From Amphiscolops sp. MND2022 (Eukaryota): a stretch of DNA of 64,000 bases. Numbering within the stretch: the stretch's first letter is position 1; each line of letters begins with the position of its first letter. The stretch lies in the NCBI GenBank assembly GCA_964187785.1, contig OZ076413.1, positions 46,376,001-46,440,000 on the forward strand. The letters run 5' to 3'. Positions 12,921 to 26,695 of this stretch are shown here, piece after piece. A program made the translations under genes and the position numbers. The notes under the pieces are model-generated. The model was not told the DNA's origin. It saw only the letters and a program-made list of their open reading frames with translations, and did no database searches.

Positions 12921-13082
12921 TTAGAAAAATGTAGAATTTCAATTCTCAAACATGCGTCGAAACCACTTGAGAAACCACAGATTTTTTCCTTGAAAAATAA
13001 CGTTATTTTTCAAGGAAAAAATCTGTGGTTTCTCAAGTGGTTTCGACGCATGTTTGAGAATTGAAATTCTACATTTTTCTAA
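12921..13082. repeat. Perfect spacerless 162-bp palindrome
   Basis: 81-bp arms ttagaaaaatgtag...aaataac | gttattt...ctacatttttctaa, centred at 13001/13002. Confidence 0.95.
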
Positions 13083-14319
13083 ATCATTATTTGATTGACT
13101 AGTCACAACTACTTCGGTTTTTCAAATTGGTAATTTGTCGGAAACCGTTCACCTACTGGCAACTGCGAATAGTTATTCAACACGTGTTTCTCATTAGTTT
13201 GCACTCTAGAACATATAATTCAAGACAGAATTGTTACACTGATCATTTTAATGGATCTGTTTGTTGTTGCTTTTACGCTTGGCTAGCTGTTAACATCTAC
13301 AATCCGCTGTAGCTTATTTTCGTGTATTATACCTAGCTATAAAGAAATACATACTTTATTCTGCTCAATTCATTTCTGGCCTTGATTTTGATCACGTCAA
13401 ACTCAAAAATACTTCTGCAGAACATGTGATAGCTTCGAATATGTTCTAGGATCAGTAATTATGAGAGAACTTGTCTGGGTAGCAGAGGCCGAGCGCTTCA
13501 GGTTGAATTTTAAATGCATATTTATTTGGGTAATTTCCATGGCTTTATGCAGGGAAATTTGCCTGCCACTTCAGTGACAAAATTGGTGCATATACTGTTA
13601 ACAACTTTACAACGACACGTCATTTTCGTTGACATATCTGAACCGGTGAAAAAGTCTAATCCGACAAAATTTCGATCTCGTCGCAAGAGAGGGTTAGTAC
13701 GTGATAAAAATGACGCGCGTTTCAAATCAGATTCCACGATGACCACGCAAATCTGGAACCATAGTAAATAAGTCTGGTAATTGCCAGAAAAAATCCGTGA
13801 AATCTTGATGTCACGTTCGAATGTCAAATTCGTTGGTTGCCAGTGTCGGAAATGGACTCATTATTTGAATACCTTGAGTATCTGCCACAATAGTGCTTTC
13901 TGTATATTTTTTTCAGACACATGCCCCAATGTTCCCTGATTCTTTTTTTTCAAATCTATGATAATTCCTCATCTGGAAAGCCTACATCTTTACCCATGGG
14001 AATGTTGCCACTTTTGGACGTTAGATTTCAATTTACTTCAGTTTTCAAGTTTTTCTCTGTCCCAAAAAAGTCGAAAAAGACTCTATCATACACGATTTTG
14101 TACGCACTACTCACAGCAATTAAAGATCAGAATAAACAACAAAGATATACGAGAAAAGACTCTAATATAAAGACCAGAATATACAACAACAACGAAAGAT
14201 CTCCAAAACGACCACATTTCAGACAAAAAAACCTCAGGAGTTTAGTGTCTCTTGATAATGTACACCTTAGGTTTTCGCTCGGTCGTACTACTGTCATGTG
14301 CTCCCAGCGATCGAAGACA

Positions 14320-14465
14320 CGCTACGCTTGCCAAGATCATGGTTAATCTTGCTAAATCATGGTTAACCATGGTACCCTTGTCAAGATCATGGCTAAACAT
14401 GATACATGGAACGCTTGTCAAGATCATGGCAGGATCTTGGCAAGATAACCATGGTAAGACATGTG
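14320..14465. repeat. Clustered aagatcatgg/ccatgg motif repeats; related clusters at ~22720-22830 and ~41145-41260
   Basis: Multiple imperfect copies of (g/t)caagatcatgg, typical of transposon subterminal repeats. Confidence 0.55.
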
Positions 14466-14744
14466 TGCTGCTTTTAATTCTATAATTTATTCTTTTCACG
14501 AAAATTTTTTGTCGTCTCCAATTTCTGAATAAGCCATTGTGATAACTTCGGACAAAACATTTACTTATCGAAAAAAGATTTTATTTTCCGCCCACATATA
14601 ATGGGGGAGGAAAATCATATTCCTCGTGTTGCGTTTTTTTTCCAAATTTTGCCAAATCTCCTCACAGTTTCGTCATCGAAACAGTAACCTCACTTATTTA
14701 CTTGACTATTTTACTAAGTAACTAGAATAGTCAAGTGACTTAAA

Positions 14745-14830
14745 TGAGAGCGCAGTTGATAGTCCGTCTGCCTGGCAGACACGAGGGCGTGTGCTCGAAC
14801 CCGGGCTGATGCGTTACATTTTTAGCGGAA
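14745..14830 (+). mobile_element. tRNA-derived SINE-like head
   Basis: gagagcgcagttgatag...gtgctcgaacccggg gives degenerate A and B boxes, preceded by a 10-bp hairpin cttgactatt/aatagtcaag (14701-14736). Confidence 0.35.
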
Positions 14831-14862
14831 AAAATCCCGGTACGATTTGAAAACAATACGGT

Positions 14863-15456
14863 TTGAAACAACAAATAATTATCAGCAACAAAATTCCTTT
14901 GGACGAACCCCACAACCAACCAGAAAACATCTACGCAAAATTCAAAAAATTATTCGAAACGAACCACACAATCAACAATATAGGAGTGAAGATCCAAATA
15001 AAACCGGGATGCTACCCTATCCAACAGAAAGCAAGACCGAAACCGTACCACCTACAAAAAGACGTAAAAAACGAACTAGACTGGCTAATAAAATCCGGAC
15101 ACCTCGAAAGACTAGAAACAATCGAAGAAGACTGTTTCGTATCACTCGTAGTAATTACGGTGAAAAAAGACAAAACGGCGAACATCGCACTAGATGCCCG
15201 CAAACTCAACAAAGGCTGTGTGAAGAAACGACCACACATGCCAAACATGGAGGAATTACTGAACCAAATATCCGCCGAATTATCCAAGAACGACCACGAC
15301 CCAGTCTGGATAGCCGTAATAGATATTGACTTTGCATACGGACAAATGAAATTAGCACCCGAAGCTAGTAAACACTGCAACTTCGCAATGACAGGCAAAA
15401 ATATCAACGGGTATTATCGATTTTTGAAAGCATTCTACGGACCAACCAGTTTTTAA
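14863..15456 (+). pseudogene. pol: Ty3/gypsy reverse transcriptase N-terminal fragment
   Basis: PIQQKARPKPYHL, IALDARKLNK, AVIDIDFAYGQMKL and FYGPT motifs; frameshifted downstream. Confidence 0.9.
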
Positions 15457-15779
15457 GAAAAAAAGATACAGAACATTGGGACACCAAACACCGCCCGGGC
15501 TGGACGACAAATTCTACCAAAAAGAATCATGATGGCTTGGACACACAAAATCAAAAGATGGTATTAGACCGAACAAGGAAAAAACAGACACAATAAATAA
15601 ACTAGAACCACAAACGAATACCAAGACACTAAAGTCCTTTTTCGGAGCAATACAGTAAATTGTAAAATTCACACCGAATCTGTCCGAAAAAAAAACAGAC
15701 AACATGAGACAACTACTCAAGAAAGGAACAAAGAGGGAATGGATTACCGATCGAAACTCGGGATTTCAACAAAATAAAA

Positions 15780-16260
15780 CGGGAACTAACAACATTACCC
15801 TGCCTAGCACATTACAACGGAAGCAAAGAAAATATTGAAACCACCGATGCTTGCAAAACTGGATTGGGGATAGCACTATGGCAAAAGCAAGGAAATGGGG
15901 AACTAAAACCAATAGCATAAGTCAGCTACCTAAACGATGTCGAAACAAAATGTTCCATCGGCGATCTAGAACTGCTAGCCGTCGTCTGGGGTCTAGAAAG
16001 GTTTCGATTTCACCAATACGGAAAACAAATCCATCTATTCTCGGACCACCAAGCACTAGAACCCCTTCTAAAACGGAATAAAACGAACAAACAAAATAGC
16101 GCACGACTAACGAGATGGTTAGACAGACTAAACCACTTCGACATCTGTTTAAAACTCACCGCCGGTAAAGAAATCAAATTTATAGATTTCAATAGTCGTA
16201 ATTCTAGCAAAAATCCAGAATCGGAACAAAATTACGCAGAAGAATTTGTCATTAACGCCA
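15780..16260 (+). pseudogene. pol: Gypsy RNase H relic
   Basis: TDACKTGLGIALWQKQ, ELLAVVWGLERFRFH, FSDHQALEPLLK and RLTRWLDRL motifs across frameshifts. Confidence 0.85.
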
Positions 16261-18472
16261 TCGCGCAACTAGCAACAGTAAACGCCCGCTTAGAACGGAT
16301 TTTCGACCAATAAGATTACGTCAATACAGCTAATGAAACAGACATGCATGGTACGCGCTCGCTAATTGATACTCGGCGTCAGCAAACAAACAACGGCCAT
16401 ACTCATTCTAATTACCGCATAGAACAGCATCTTTTTGATATCGATCATTCAGAAATGACTAACAACAAAAATAATGCTCGTTTATTCCGAATTGACGGCT
16501 AATTACGTTACCACTGGGGCGCAGACAACGAAATTTTGACCATTTTAAACAGAAGAGAGAAATCAGCAGTAACGACGATACTAGTGAGAAGAAGGGTCGA
16601 ACTTGCAAAGCCAGGCGCAAGGAGACCACAATGGAACAAAAATGTGGGTAGAGAAATCTACATACCAAAAAGGCCAGAAGAAGACGAGAGGAGAGAAATC
16701 AAACGTATTGATCTCCAATTGAAGAGAAAAGAAAGAGAGTCCCACATTGGCGGAGGTTGCTTCCAAAATTTCGGAGACGAGATACCGCAAAGGCAAACAC
16801 AAGAACAACCCGCCAGAAACGAAAATGCCCGAGAAAATGAAACCAACAGAGACATGGAATCCACCACCTACAACAACTCTGAAGACGCGGTGGCGACACA
16901 CGAGCCCGGGTCCTACCCAGCAATACCGTCCAGGAATATAGAGACGGACCAATAGAAGAAATCGCCGTGCACTACGTAAGAATCAATCGCGTAGTTGAAC
17001 AAAAAACAAAACGCAACAAGCAAGAAGAAGACAATATCAGATCAGCTGAGCTGGATTTCTTGCTAGATCTGGCAACCCCAATCAAAGAAAAGGCCGCCGA
17101 TCCCGACCTTATTGAGTTGAATTATTGCATTGAGGACAACAACACGGAACAAATCCCCGCAACTACAAAACAGTGGCCAAAAAGCTGACTTACCGTTGGG
17201 GCATCATAATGTTTGACGAACGCATTGTGATACCGGAATCACTACGAGAGAGCAACAAGCGAGAGCACTAAAACAAGCACTAGAACCTCTTTTAAAACGG
17301 AAGAAAACAAACAAACAATATAGCGCACGACTAACGAGATGGTCAGACAGATAAAACCACTTCGACATCTGTTTAAAACTCACCGCCAGTAAAGAAATCA
17401 AATTTACAGATTTCATTAGCCGTAATCCTAGCGAAAATACAGAACCGGAAGAAAAGTACGAAGAAGAATTTGTCATTAACGCCATCGCGCAACTAGCAAC
17501 GGTAAACGCCCGCATAGAACGGAATTTGGACCAATAAGAATACGTCAACACAGCTAATGAAACAGACATGCATGGTACGCGCTCGCTAATTGATACGCGG
17601 CGTCAGCAAACAAACAACGGCCATACTCATTCTGATTACCCCATAGAACATATTCCTTTTGATATCGATTTTTCAGAAATGAATAACAACAATAATAATG
17701 CTCGTTTCTTCCGAATTGACGGCCAATTACGTTACCACTGGGGCGCAGACAACGAAATTTTGACCATTATAAACAGAAGAGAAAAATCAGCCGTAACCAC
17801 GGAACTAGTGAGAAGAAGGGTCGAACTTGCAAAGCCAGGCGCAATGAGACCACAATGGAACAAAAATCTGGGTAGAGAAATCTACATACCAAAAAGGCCA
17901 GAAGAAGACGAGAGGAGAGAAATCAAATGTATTGATCTCCAATTGAAGAGAAAAGAAAGAGAGTCCCACATTGGCGGAGGTTGCTTCCAAAATTTCGGGG
18001 ACGATATACCGCGAAGGCAAACACAAGAACAACCCGCCAGAAACGAAAATGCCCGAGAAAATGAAACCAACAGAGACACGGAATCCACTACCTCCAACAA
18101 CTCTGAAGACGCGGTGGCGACAAACGAGCCCGGGGCCTACCCAGCAATACCGGTCCAGGAATATAGAGACGGACCGATAGAAGAAATCGCCGTGCACTAC
18201 GTAAGAATCAATCACGTAGTTGAACAAAAAACAAAACGCAACAAGCAACAAGAAGACATGAACAGATCAGCTGAGCTGGATTTCATGCTGGATCTGGAGA
18301 CCCCGATTACAGAAACGGCCGCTGATCCCGACCTTATTGAGTTGAATTATTGCATTGAGGACAACAACACGAAGCAAATCCCCACAACTACAAAACTTTG
18401 GCCAAAAAGCTGACTTACCGTTGGGGCATCATAATGTTTGACGACGGCATTGTGATAGCGAAATCACTACGA
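16048..18472 (+). repeat. Tandem duplication of ~1.22 kb inside pol (16048-17247 and 17273-18472)
   Basis: Aligned blocks at offset 1224-1225, with many substitutions and a 25-nt junction insert. Confidence 0.92.
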
Positions 18473-19408
18473 TACGCAGCCTTAAACGCCCTACACATCG
18501 GACACCCCGGGATAAACAAAATGTTCAACGACGCGGCTTTATTCTGGTGACCAAACATGCAAGAAGGAATCGAAAAGAAGTCGAAGAACTGCTCAGCCTG
18601 CTTGAACGCCGCCAAGAACCTAAAATTTCAATTACCGACGACCGAAAAACAAAGAACGAACCGCCAAAAACACTGAGTGAAGAAATCCAAATAGACATCA
18701 TCGGAAATCCACATAGTAAAAAACTGTAAAAAACTATCATCTCACCCGTACATATTGGTGGCGGTCGACAAAAACAGCCGCTGGCCGATGGCGAATATAT
18801 GCAAAAATACGAATTACGAAACCGTAATTTCATTTTCAAACGAATATATAAATGTATACGGTGAGCCAAAGCGTATAAAATCAGATAAAGGCGGCGCCTT
18901 TATCTCCAAAGAATACAAAGAATTTTGCAGATCGCAAAATATAGACCGCGCGTACGGTACGGCCAACCTACTCACTGGTACCGGATTGGTTGAACGAACC
19001 ATCCAATCATTAATGAATCTAGTACTAGTTAACGTAAAAGACGACCAAAACCTCCAAAAAAACGGAAATAGGGCACTATATGTCCTAAGACTGACGATAC
19101 ACTCAGAAACTAAGAAAACTCCCTTTGAATCCCATTTTGGACGAGCACCGGGAACTAGATTATCAAACCTGAAAAATTCCGTTTTAGTGGACTCCAATGG
19201 CCTTTCAGTCTACTTTACCCGGAATTCAGCTGGAGAAATCACTGACCATTTTGTTATGTCCAAGAAAAAGACGGTGGAACCGAAGTTCAGGCGAGGCATG
19301 ACATTCTTGCAGACATTAAAAAAACCGACCAGTTCGGTAAGTACGAACAAGTTTGAGTATCCATTCAATTTTTTTGAGAAAATTACAAAAAAAGTCAATG
19401 GAGAGTAA
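18421..19408 (+). pseudogene. pol: Gypsy integrase relic
   Basis: LHIGHPGINKM, VAVDKNSRWP, IKSDKGGAF and GLVERTIQSL (DDE core). Confidence 0.9.
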
Positions 19409-20318
19409 AGTCAAGAACAAAATACAATCGGCCGTATAAGGAACGAAACACACCGTAACCACCAACAATAACAAAACAGTACAACGAAAACTAATTTCTA
19501 ACATATTGCCTTTTCAGCAAACAACTACAATTCCGACAAAAAGGATAAATACCCGCGAAATACCGCGGACCAACCAACTTGATCCAAAAAACTAGATGCA
19601 AGAAACAACGGCGGAGCTCCTTGCATCTACAGCCGGAAAGAAACGCCCAAGCCTACAAACTGCGAAAGAAGTGGAAACTGGCTGAAACGAAGGGACCAAC
19701 CCACAAAACAAAGGGCAATTCACGTACCCCAACAAGAACACAGGCACCGACCTAAATTTGAGCATCATATCGGATGACGAATTCGATTGTTACAATAAGT
19801 CGGAAAGAAAGCTGGTACATACCAATATAGACGATGAGCTACAATTACTCCCAAAAGAAAACAACCTAACCCCGGAACAAGGTAGAAATTTTTTTAAAAA
19901 CCAAACCATAAAACCAACAAAATCGGTCAGAAGATCAAATAGACTACCTTTCGCAAACAAATCGAAAAATTAGGCGGAGTACCATACTATACAAATAACA
20001 CCAAGAAAAAAAATATTTAACTCTGACCATTTATTGCAGGAAACAACAACGGAAACAATGTAGAGAAATGAAGAAGAGACAAACCGTTCAATACGGAAAG
20101 ATGAAGATGAAATCCGTCTTATACGGCAACACAAGATAACACAACAAACTCTCGCCGGAGGGAGGGAATGTGACATCATACCAACATCGTGACCTTCACA
20201 TGTACCGTATCATACGGACCTAGACAGAGAGACTAATTACAAACAAACTCTATTTGCTGTCAATTTATGTTATACTACTTACATACCGTTTGTGTTAATT
20301 GAAATACCATAGTACAGT

Positions 20319-22508
20319 CATTAGAGTGCACAGGCAAGCCTTATTTGCTCAAAGCGCAACATAGTGCTTTCAATATCTTGGATTCCACGACCATACCTTT
20401 AACCGTGCAAAATTGGCAAATTACGTCATTTGTCCCGGATTCCACGGATTTAGTCGTGGATTCCAGTAACAAATGCTTAGCTGTACGACTTTCGGCATGC
20501 AGCGGTGTCCCGGATTCCACAAAAACGTAAGTTTTGCGAAATGAACCAATCAGATTGCAGAAATCATAAATTTCCTGTATTCCACGACTTTATGCTTGAC
20601 GCGATACGCGGCATATTTTCTTGAATTAATTTCAAGTGGAAGACTGAACAAACAATATTATGCACACTTTTTCGTATATTAATTCAAAATGATTCAGACA
20701 ATCACACCAATATCACACAAAATTTTGAGATTTTTCAGTTTAGTACCAGTTTTGAAAAAACTGCCAGATCATCACAATCTGCCATTATTTGATGACATGC
20801 TTTAATTTTGGTACCAGTCATGAGTATCTCTCTTTGTACTTCTTGGACTTTTCGTGTCAATCAAAACAATTTCCTTTGATATAAGATTGATTCAATTCAA
20901 GTTCTTCTGCCTTTCTAATAATGATCATGCAAAATGAATATTAAATAACACAAATAATCGTATTTTTCAGTTTAGTACCAGTTTTGAACAAACTGCAAGG
21001 TCATCACAATCTGCCATTATTTGATGACATGCTTTAATTTTGGTACCAGTCATGAGTATCTCTGTTCGTACTTCTTGGATTTTTCGTGTCAATCAGAACA
21101 ATTTCCTTTGATATAAGATTGATTTAATTCAAGTTCTTCTGCCTTTCTAATAATGATCATGCAAAATGCATATTATATAGCACAAATATTCGTATTTTTC
21201 AGTTTAGTACCAGTTTTGAACAAACTGCAAGATCATCACAATCTGCCATTATTTGATGACATGCTTTAATTTTGGTACCAGTCATGAGTATCTCTCTTCG
21301 TACTTCTTGGACTTTTCGTGTCAATCAAAACAATTTCCTTTGATATAAGATTGATTCAATTCAAGTTCTTCTGCCTTTCTAATAATGATCATGCAAAATG
21401 AATATTAAATAACACAAATAATCGTATTTTTCAGTTTAGTACCAGTTTTGAACAAACTGCAAGGTCATCACAATCTGCCATTATTTGATGACATGCTTTA
21501 ATTTTGGTACCAGTCATGAGTATCTCTGTTCGTACTTCTTGGATTTTTCGTGTCAACCAGAACAATTTCCTTTGATATAAGATTGATTTAATTCAAGTTC
21601 TTCTGCCTTTCTAATAATGATCATGCAAAATGCATATTATATAGCACAAATATTCGTATTTTTCAGTTTAGTACCAGTTTTGAACAAACTGCAAGATCAT
21701 CACAATCTGCCATTATTTGATGACATGCTTTAATTTTGGTACCAGTCATGAGTATCTCTACTCGTACTTTGGGTCTTTTCGTGTCAATCAAAACAATTTC
21801 CTTTGATATAAACTTGAAATAATTTAAGTTCTTCTGCCTTTCTAATAATGATCATGCAAAATGAATATTATATTACACAAAGATTAGTATTTTTCAGTTT
21901 AGTACCAGTTTTGAAGAAACTGCCAGATCATCCCAATCTGCCATTATTTGATGACATGCTTTAATTTTGGTACCAGTCATGAGTATCTCTATTCGTACTT
22001 TTTGGATTTTTCGTGTCAATCAGAACAATTTCCTTTGATATAAGATTGACTTAATTCAAGTTCTTCTGCCTTTCTAATAATGATCATGCAAAATGAATAC
22101 TAAATAACACAAATTTTTAGATTTTTCAGTTTAGTACCAGTTTTGAACAAACTGCCAGATCATCACAATCTGCCATTATTTGATGACATGCTTTAATTTT
22201 GGTACCAGTCACGAGTATCTCTATTCGTACTTCTTGGATTTTTTGTGTCGATCAAAACAATTTCCTTTGATATAAAATTGAATTAATTTAAAATGATTAC
22301 TCAAAATCAGCGGACCAATCAGAGAGCAGCGGCAAAAGTGTCATTATAGCAGCAGTATTGGCGTGGAATCCAGGACAAGCACTGTCGTGGAATCCAAGAC
22401 ACGCTTAGCATCAAAGAGAAGTTTTGTCCTGGATTCCACGACTTTTCTCAATTTTCGTGTCCCCGATTCCACGAAAACAGCAAAATAGCTTGCCTGTGCA
22501 CTGTAATG
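20319..22508. mobile_element. Non-autonomous CACTA/EnSpm (CMC)-like DNA transposon, copy 1
   Basis: 21-bp TIR CATTA(G/C)AGTGCACAGGCAAGC, 2-bp TSD gt/gt, repeated GGATTCCAC subterminal motifs in both orientations, no transposase. Confidence 0.8.
20731..22290 (+). repeat. 232-bp satellite, about 6.7 units, with partial dimeric higher-order structure
   Basis: Unit starts at 20731, 20963, 21195, 21427, 21659, 21890 and 22122. Confidence 0.95.
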
Positions 22509-23829
22509 GTTGCTAGAAAAGAGATTGAGTTTACTTTCTAGAACGGTCGCCCTTTGTACCGTAGAGACCGAGAATACAACAGCTAATACCTCACCTATTG
22601 AGGTAACGTGTTGAAATTACTGACAACTGACAATCAAAGTAAGTATAACCAGAAAATAAGAGTTACCAAAAAACGCATTTGCTACCATGTAACAGTTGTC
22701 AAAAACATGGTTAATCTTGTCATCTTTGCCAAGATCATGAAAAAACATGGTACGCTTGGCACGATTTTGCGTAGTTATGGTATCCTTGGCAAGATGTTGG
22801 TACGATCATGGTAAGAATTTGGCAACGATAGCTGGCAATTTACCGCGGTTCTTTGCAAGCGTACCATGTGTACGATCGCTGGGCTAGATTTACATTATCA
22901 TAAACGGTGTAATAATGCTGCAATATTATACCGTGATTTTTAACAACTGCTTGATTATTGTTGGACAACGAAAAGTTCAAAATTCTGAACTTAATTGAAT
23001 GCTTAATCTTTGACCATGTGTTGGTAATAATGGTAAGCACTACATAGCTCTTGTCTATAGTTCTGTTTTAGTCTGCAAAGTGTGTCATGATATGTTCCGT
23101 GTTTTTAGTCGGCACTTTTCTTGAAAAGAGTCGACTATAGTCATGGCTTTTCGTCAGTGTTTTTTTTGATACACCAGAAGTGACCAAAATAGTTCTACAA
23201 AGTTCTTTGAAATTTTATGGTGTCGAATTGAACCATTTGGCCTAGCGAACTGAACCAAAAATATTTTTCCATTTTTCCCACGTAACATACTAGACAGGGT
23301 GAGACTAAAGGGTCACCCTTTTCATTTTTTCGATTTTGTGAGACATTTGTCGATGATTCCACACAATGGATGAAAAATCTTAAAGGGCCCCCCTGGTCCT
23401 TTTGCTATTTTTGAGCCCTAGATATGGCGTCGACTTGGGCCGGTCCCGGATTGTTTTATTGAGGTCCTTGCTATTTATCATAAACAAAGCGTTTTGCGAA
23501 TTTTTTGGTCAAAAGTGTACCCCATTCACTTTCATGAATATTGTCAGCTTGCACAAAAAATTTTGTGATTTTAAAGCGCTTGCGATTTTAAAGGGTCTGC
23601 TTTCGGATTCTTAGGCCCTTAGATTTTTTTAGAAAAAATTTGAAATGAAATGAAAATCAATAGTTTTTTTGATGTTTCAGTTTCAGAAACGCGGTTTTCG
23701 AGTCTTATGGGTATTCCTTTTGGTATTTTTGGTACTGTAAATCTGATTCAAGTTTTCGCAATAGTGTCCCTTGAACGTACGTTTTTTTCAAGGGTCATAT
23801 ACTTGACCTGTGAGGCATGCCCTGTCTAG

Positions 23830-23883
23830 CTCTCTCTCTCTCACTCTTTCTCTCACTCTTTCTCTCACTCTTTCTCTCTCTCT
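23830..23883 (+). repeat. Compound (TC)n microsatellite with three tctctcactctt units
   Basis: Read directly from the sequence. Confidence 0.9.
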
Positions 23884-24669
23884 GTTTGTCTGGGTCCGAT
23901 AAAGCGATAAAGCCCAGTGCTCAAGTCAGAGCATGACATGTATCTCTTTTCATACATACCGCTGATATCTTCGCAACTTTACTCCAATCCTATTAAGAAT
24001 TTGTTCCAACGTTTTTTTGTAAATATCATACCAGCCACTTGAACTTGTGACTTCCCGATTTTTGCAGAGTCAATCTGAGAACAATTCTATTGAGAACAGT
24101 TTCACCTGCCAGTATTTCCATATTGATAATTTCAAGTACCCTATCAAAGCCTTTTCTGCTCTTCTTACTTTCATTAGTCAGCAATGTTATGGAAAGCACG
24201 ACTATTGTAGTGACTTTTCCTTTCGTGTTTTTTTTCAATCCGGTCGAAGTGAAAGCCAAAGTTAAACCAAAATTCCACCAATTGGCAAACTAGTCGGGAG
24301 GGTCTCTGCTTTCCTATTTTCTAATGCTTATTCGGGTTAAATAGTTTTTTTTCGATACCTAAAAGGTAATTTTTGGAACTGTGCGCTTTTTCAGCACTGT
24401 GCGACTTTTTTTTCAAACTGATTCGATTTTCCAAAAGGTCTTTTTTGGGTTTCTAAATAGGTTTAGACGACAAGAAAGAGCGTTTTTAGGCCCGAAAGAA
24501 GTTTTCTCCTCACTGTGCAAATTTTTAAGAAAATCTCTAATTCACAAAAGGGTTTTCGTTTTGGTTTTATGGTTTAAGGTGAGATGTTTCTGCTGAGAAT
24601 GAAAGCAGTAAAAGGCCTTTCGAGCCCAAAGGGTTCCTTCCCTTGTTTTTTCGGCAATGTGAAGTAGAC

Positions 24670-24792
24670 AAAATATTCGATAGGGTACCCCTGATACTTT
24701 GAAGTGTTCTAGAATTTTCTTGCTTGCTCTCTTCTAGAACACTTCAAAGTATCAGGGGTACCCTATCGAACATTTTCTTGCTTGCTCTCTTC
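24670..24792. repeat. Inverted duplication: 45-bp arms (1 mismatch), 17-bp spacer duplicated after the right arm
   Basis: Arms 24670-24714 and 24732-24776; spacer ttttcttgcttgctctc recurs at 24773-24789. Confidence 0.9.
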
Positions 24793-26695
24793 CAGCCTTA
24801 AGTGGGGCGCAGACTTATGCCGTTCTCAGTTTCTTTGTATTTTACACTGGCTTCAAAAAAAATCTTTTTCAAATACATTCATCATTGGGCAAATTGGGAA
24901 CTTAGTGACCATATTCTGTTTCATCTGTAGAATACAGAATCGTACAGAATCTATCAGTAGGTCGGTTTTGCCTCCCTTGGGAACTGTCCTGTCTGGAGGA
25001 GCTGCAGCTCCATGATGATATCTTCCGGCTTGACTCACTCCCAGTCTGTCATTATTAAGGGCAACGTACATTTTAACTTGCCTGAAACACTGGTCCTATA
25101 GCTTTTAACAAGCCGGAAACAGCCCAAGTCGGCGCCCCGCTAAAAGTTCACACAAAGTAAGTTTTTTTTAAAATATGAAGCGACACTAGTGTGATGTGAG
25201 AATTTTATGAAATTTCCAGTGCTTAAAAATACCCAAAGCGACACCATGATATTTAGGAAGGCTTTTTCCCAACTGCAGACATTTAAAAAACGGAATTTTC
25301 TCAAAGTAATTATTATGACTTTTTTTCTTCGAAAAAACGTCTCGTAGCGCCGAAAAGGGAGCTTTAAGCTCGTCAAACGCGATTTTTCGGCCGAAAACTT
25401 CTATAAAAGTGCAAGGGGTACCATTTGATCAAATGAAAACAAAATTCCAAAAAGTGTCAAAATTTGTTCTCAGAATTCTTTTTATTTTTTGGTAAATCGC
25501 ATTGTGCCGGAAAAAAATCTACGGTGGCCATCTATGTTCGCAAAAATCAGAGGGGGTACTTTGTTTGAAAAAAATCTGAGAAAAAGTCGCATAGTCTGAA
25601 AAAATCTATGAGCCTATAAAATTATATCAATCTGTCAGATCGTCGGTCCTAGAAAAAGTCACAACTATAGACTGCTCTTTTTACGAAGGCGACGACTAAA
25701 AACAATGCCAAGGGAGAAACAAAATCAATTTTCAGGGTAGCTAGGGGCAAGACGGGCAAGTCTCAATCAGCGCTACACTTAAGACTCAAAAAGTGTAGTT
25801 TTTTGAAAAAATGCACAGGAACATTTAAATGAAAAACTCACATTCCAAAGTGTACGTTTCGTGCTCGGAAAACGCTTCAAAAATTCAAATATAACCTGCT
25901 GGGTCAAATGGGAGCGCTTCTTTTTGAACTTTCAACCTTCTTTAGGGAAACGCAATTTCCTTCGGATATAACGTCAAACAAGCGTAGAAAATTGAAAAAA
26001 AGTTATTGGTGGATATATATTGACAAAACCTAAGCTCAGACAAAAAATCAGAATTTCGAACAGTCTCCTAGAGCCGAAAAAAAGTAAAAAAGGATTTCTA
26101 ATCTATCTGCTGCATCTGTTCTGTTGCAAAATGTCTAAACAAGTGAAGTGAAAAATCGAAAAAACTTCGGGAGAAAAACAAAAAAAATGATAATTTTGAA
26201 CAGTTCATACTGCCGAAACTGTACAAATGGGGACTCCTAGGGATTTTTTCTACATCTCTTGCAATTTGTTTGAAAAATTGAACGGTAACTTCTGGAGACA
26301 ACTAAAAAGTTTCGGAAAAAAGGCTCACAGTGCTGAAAAAACCGGAAGGGACACTTTAGTCTCCTCCAGTTTTGTATTGAGTTAATTGAACTCGGACCCT
26401 TTCCATGGACTTAGATGCATTTCTGTAGTTTGGTAGTTTCTGCAAAAATGTGTTCACTAGGCATATATTCTGTTATCCTACGATAAAAAAAGGAAAACGA
26501 AAAACTTGCCAATGAACCACTTGTTTTCTACTAAAACGCGGTTACAAAAAAAAACATCCAAATTGCAAATTATAGCTCACGAGCTCAAACAACCAGACAT
26601 GCAATGAATAAAGACGTAAAACATCAAAGTGGTATTTCACATAGCAAACTAGACTACTACAAGAACCGATGTTGGATAATTATGCACAGTGACTC

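Larger units (their letters stand above)
14830..22607 (+). mobile_element. 5'-truncated, decayed Ty3/gypsy element (RT-RNaseH-IN, partial 3' LTR)
   Basis: RT, RNase H and integrase relics in gypsy order; PPT ggagggagggaa then TGTGAC at 20169. The LTR is interrupted by a CACTA-like element at 20319. Right end is approximate. Confidence 0.8.

Noticed and set aside
20731-22290. CRISPR or coding-repeat call for the 232-bp array
   Set aside because: The units are contiguous with no unique spacers, and 232 is not a multiple of three.
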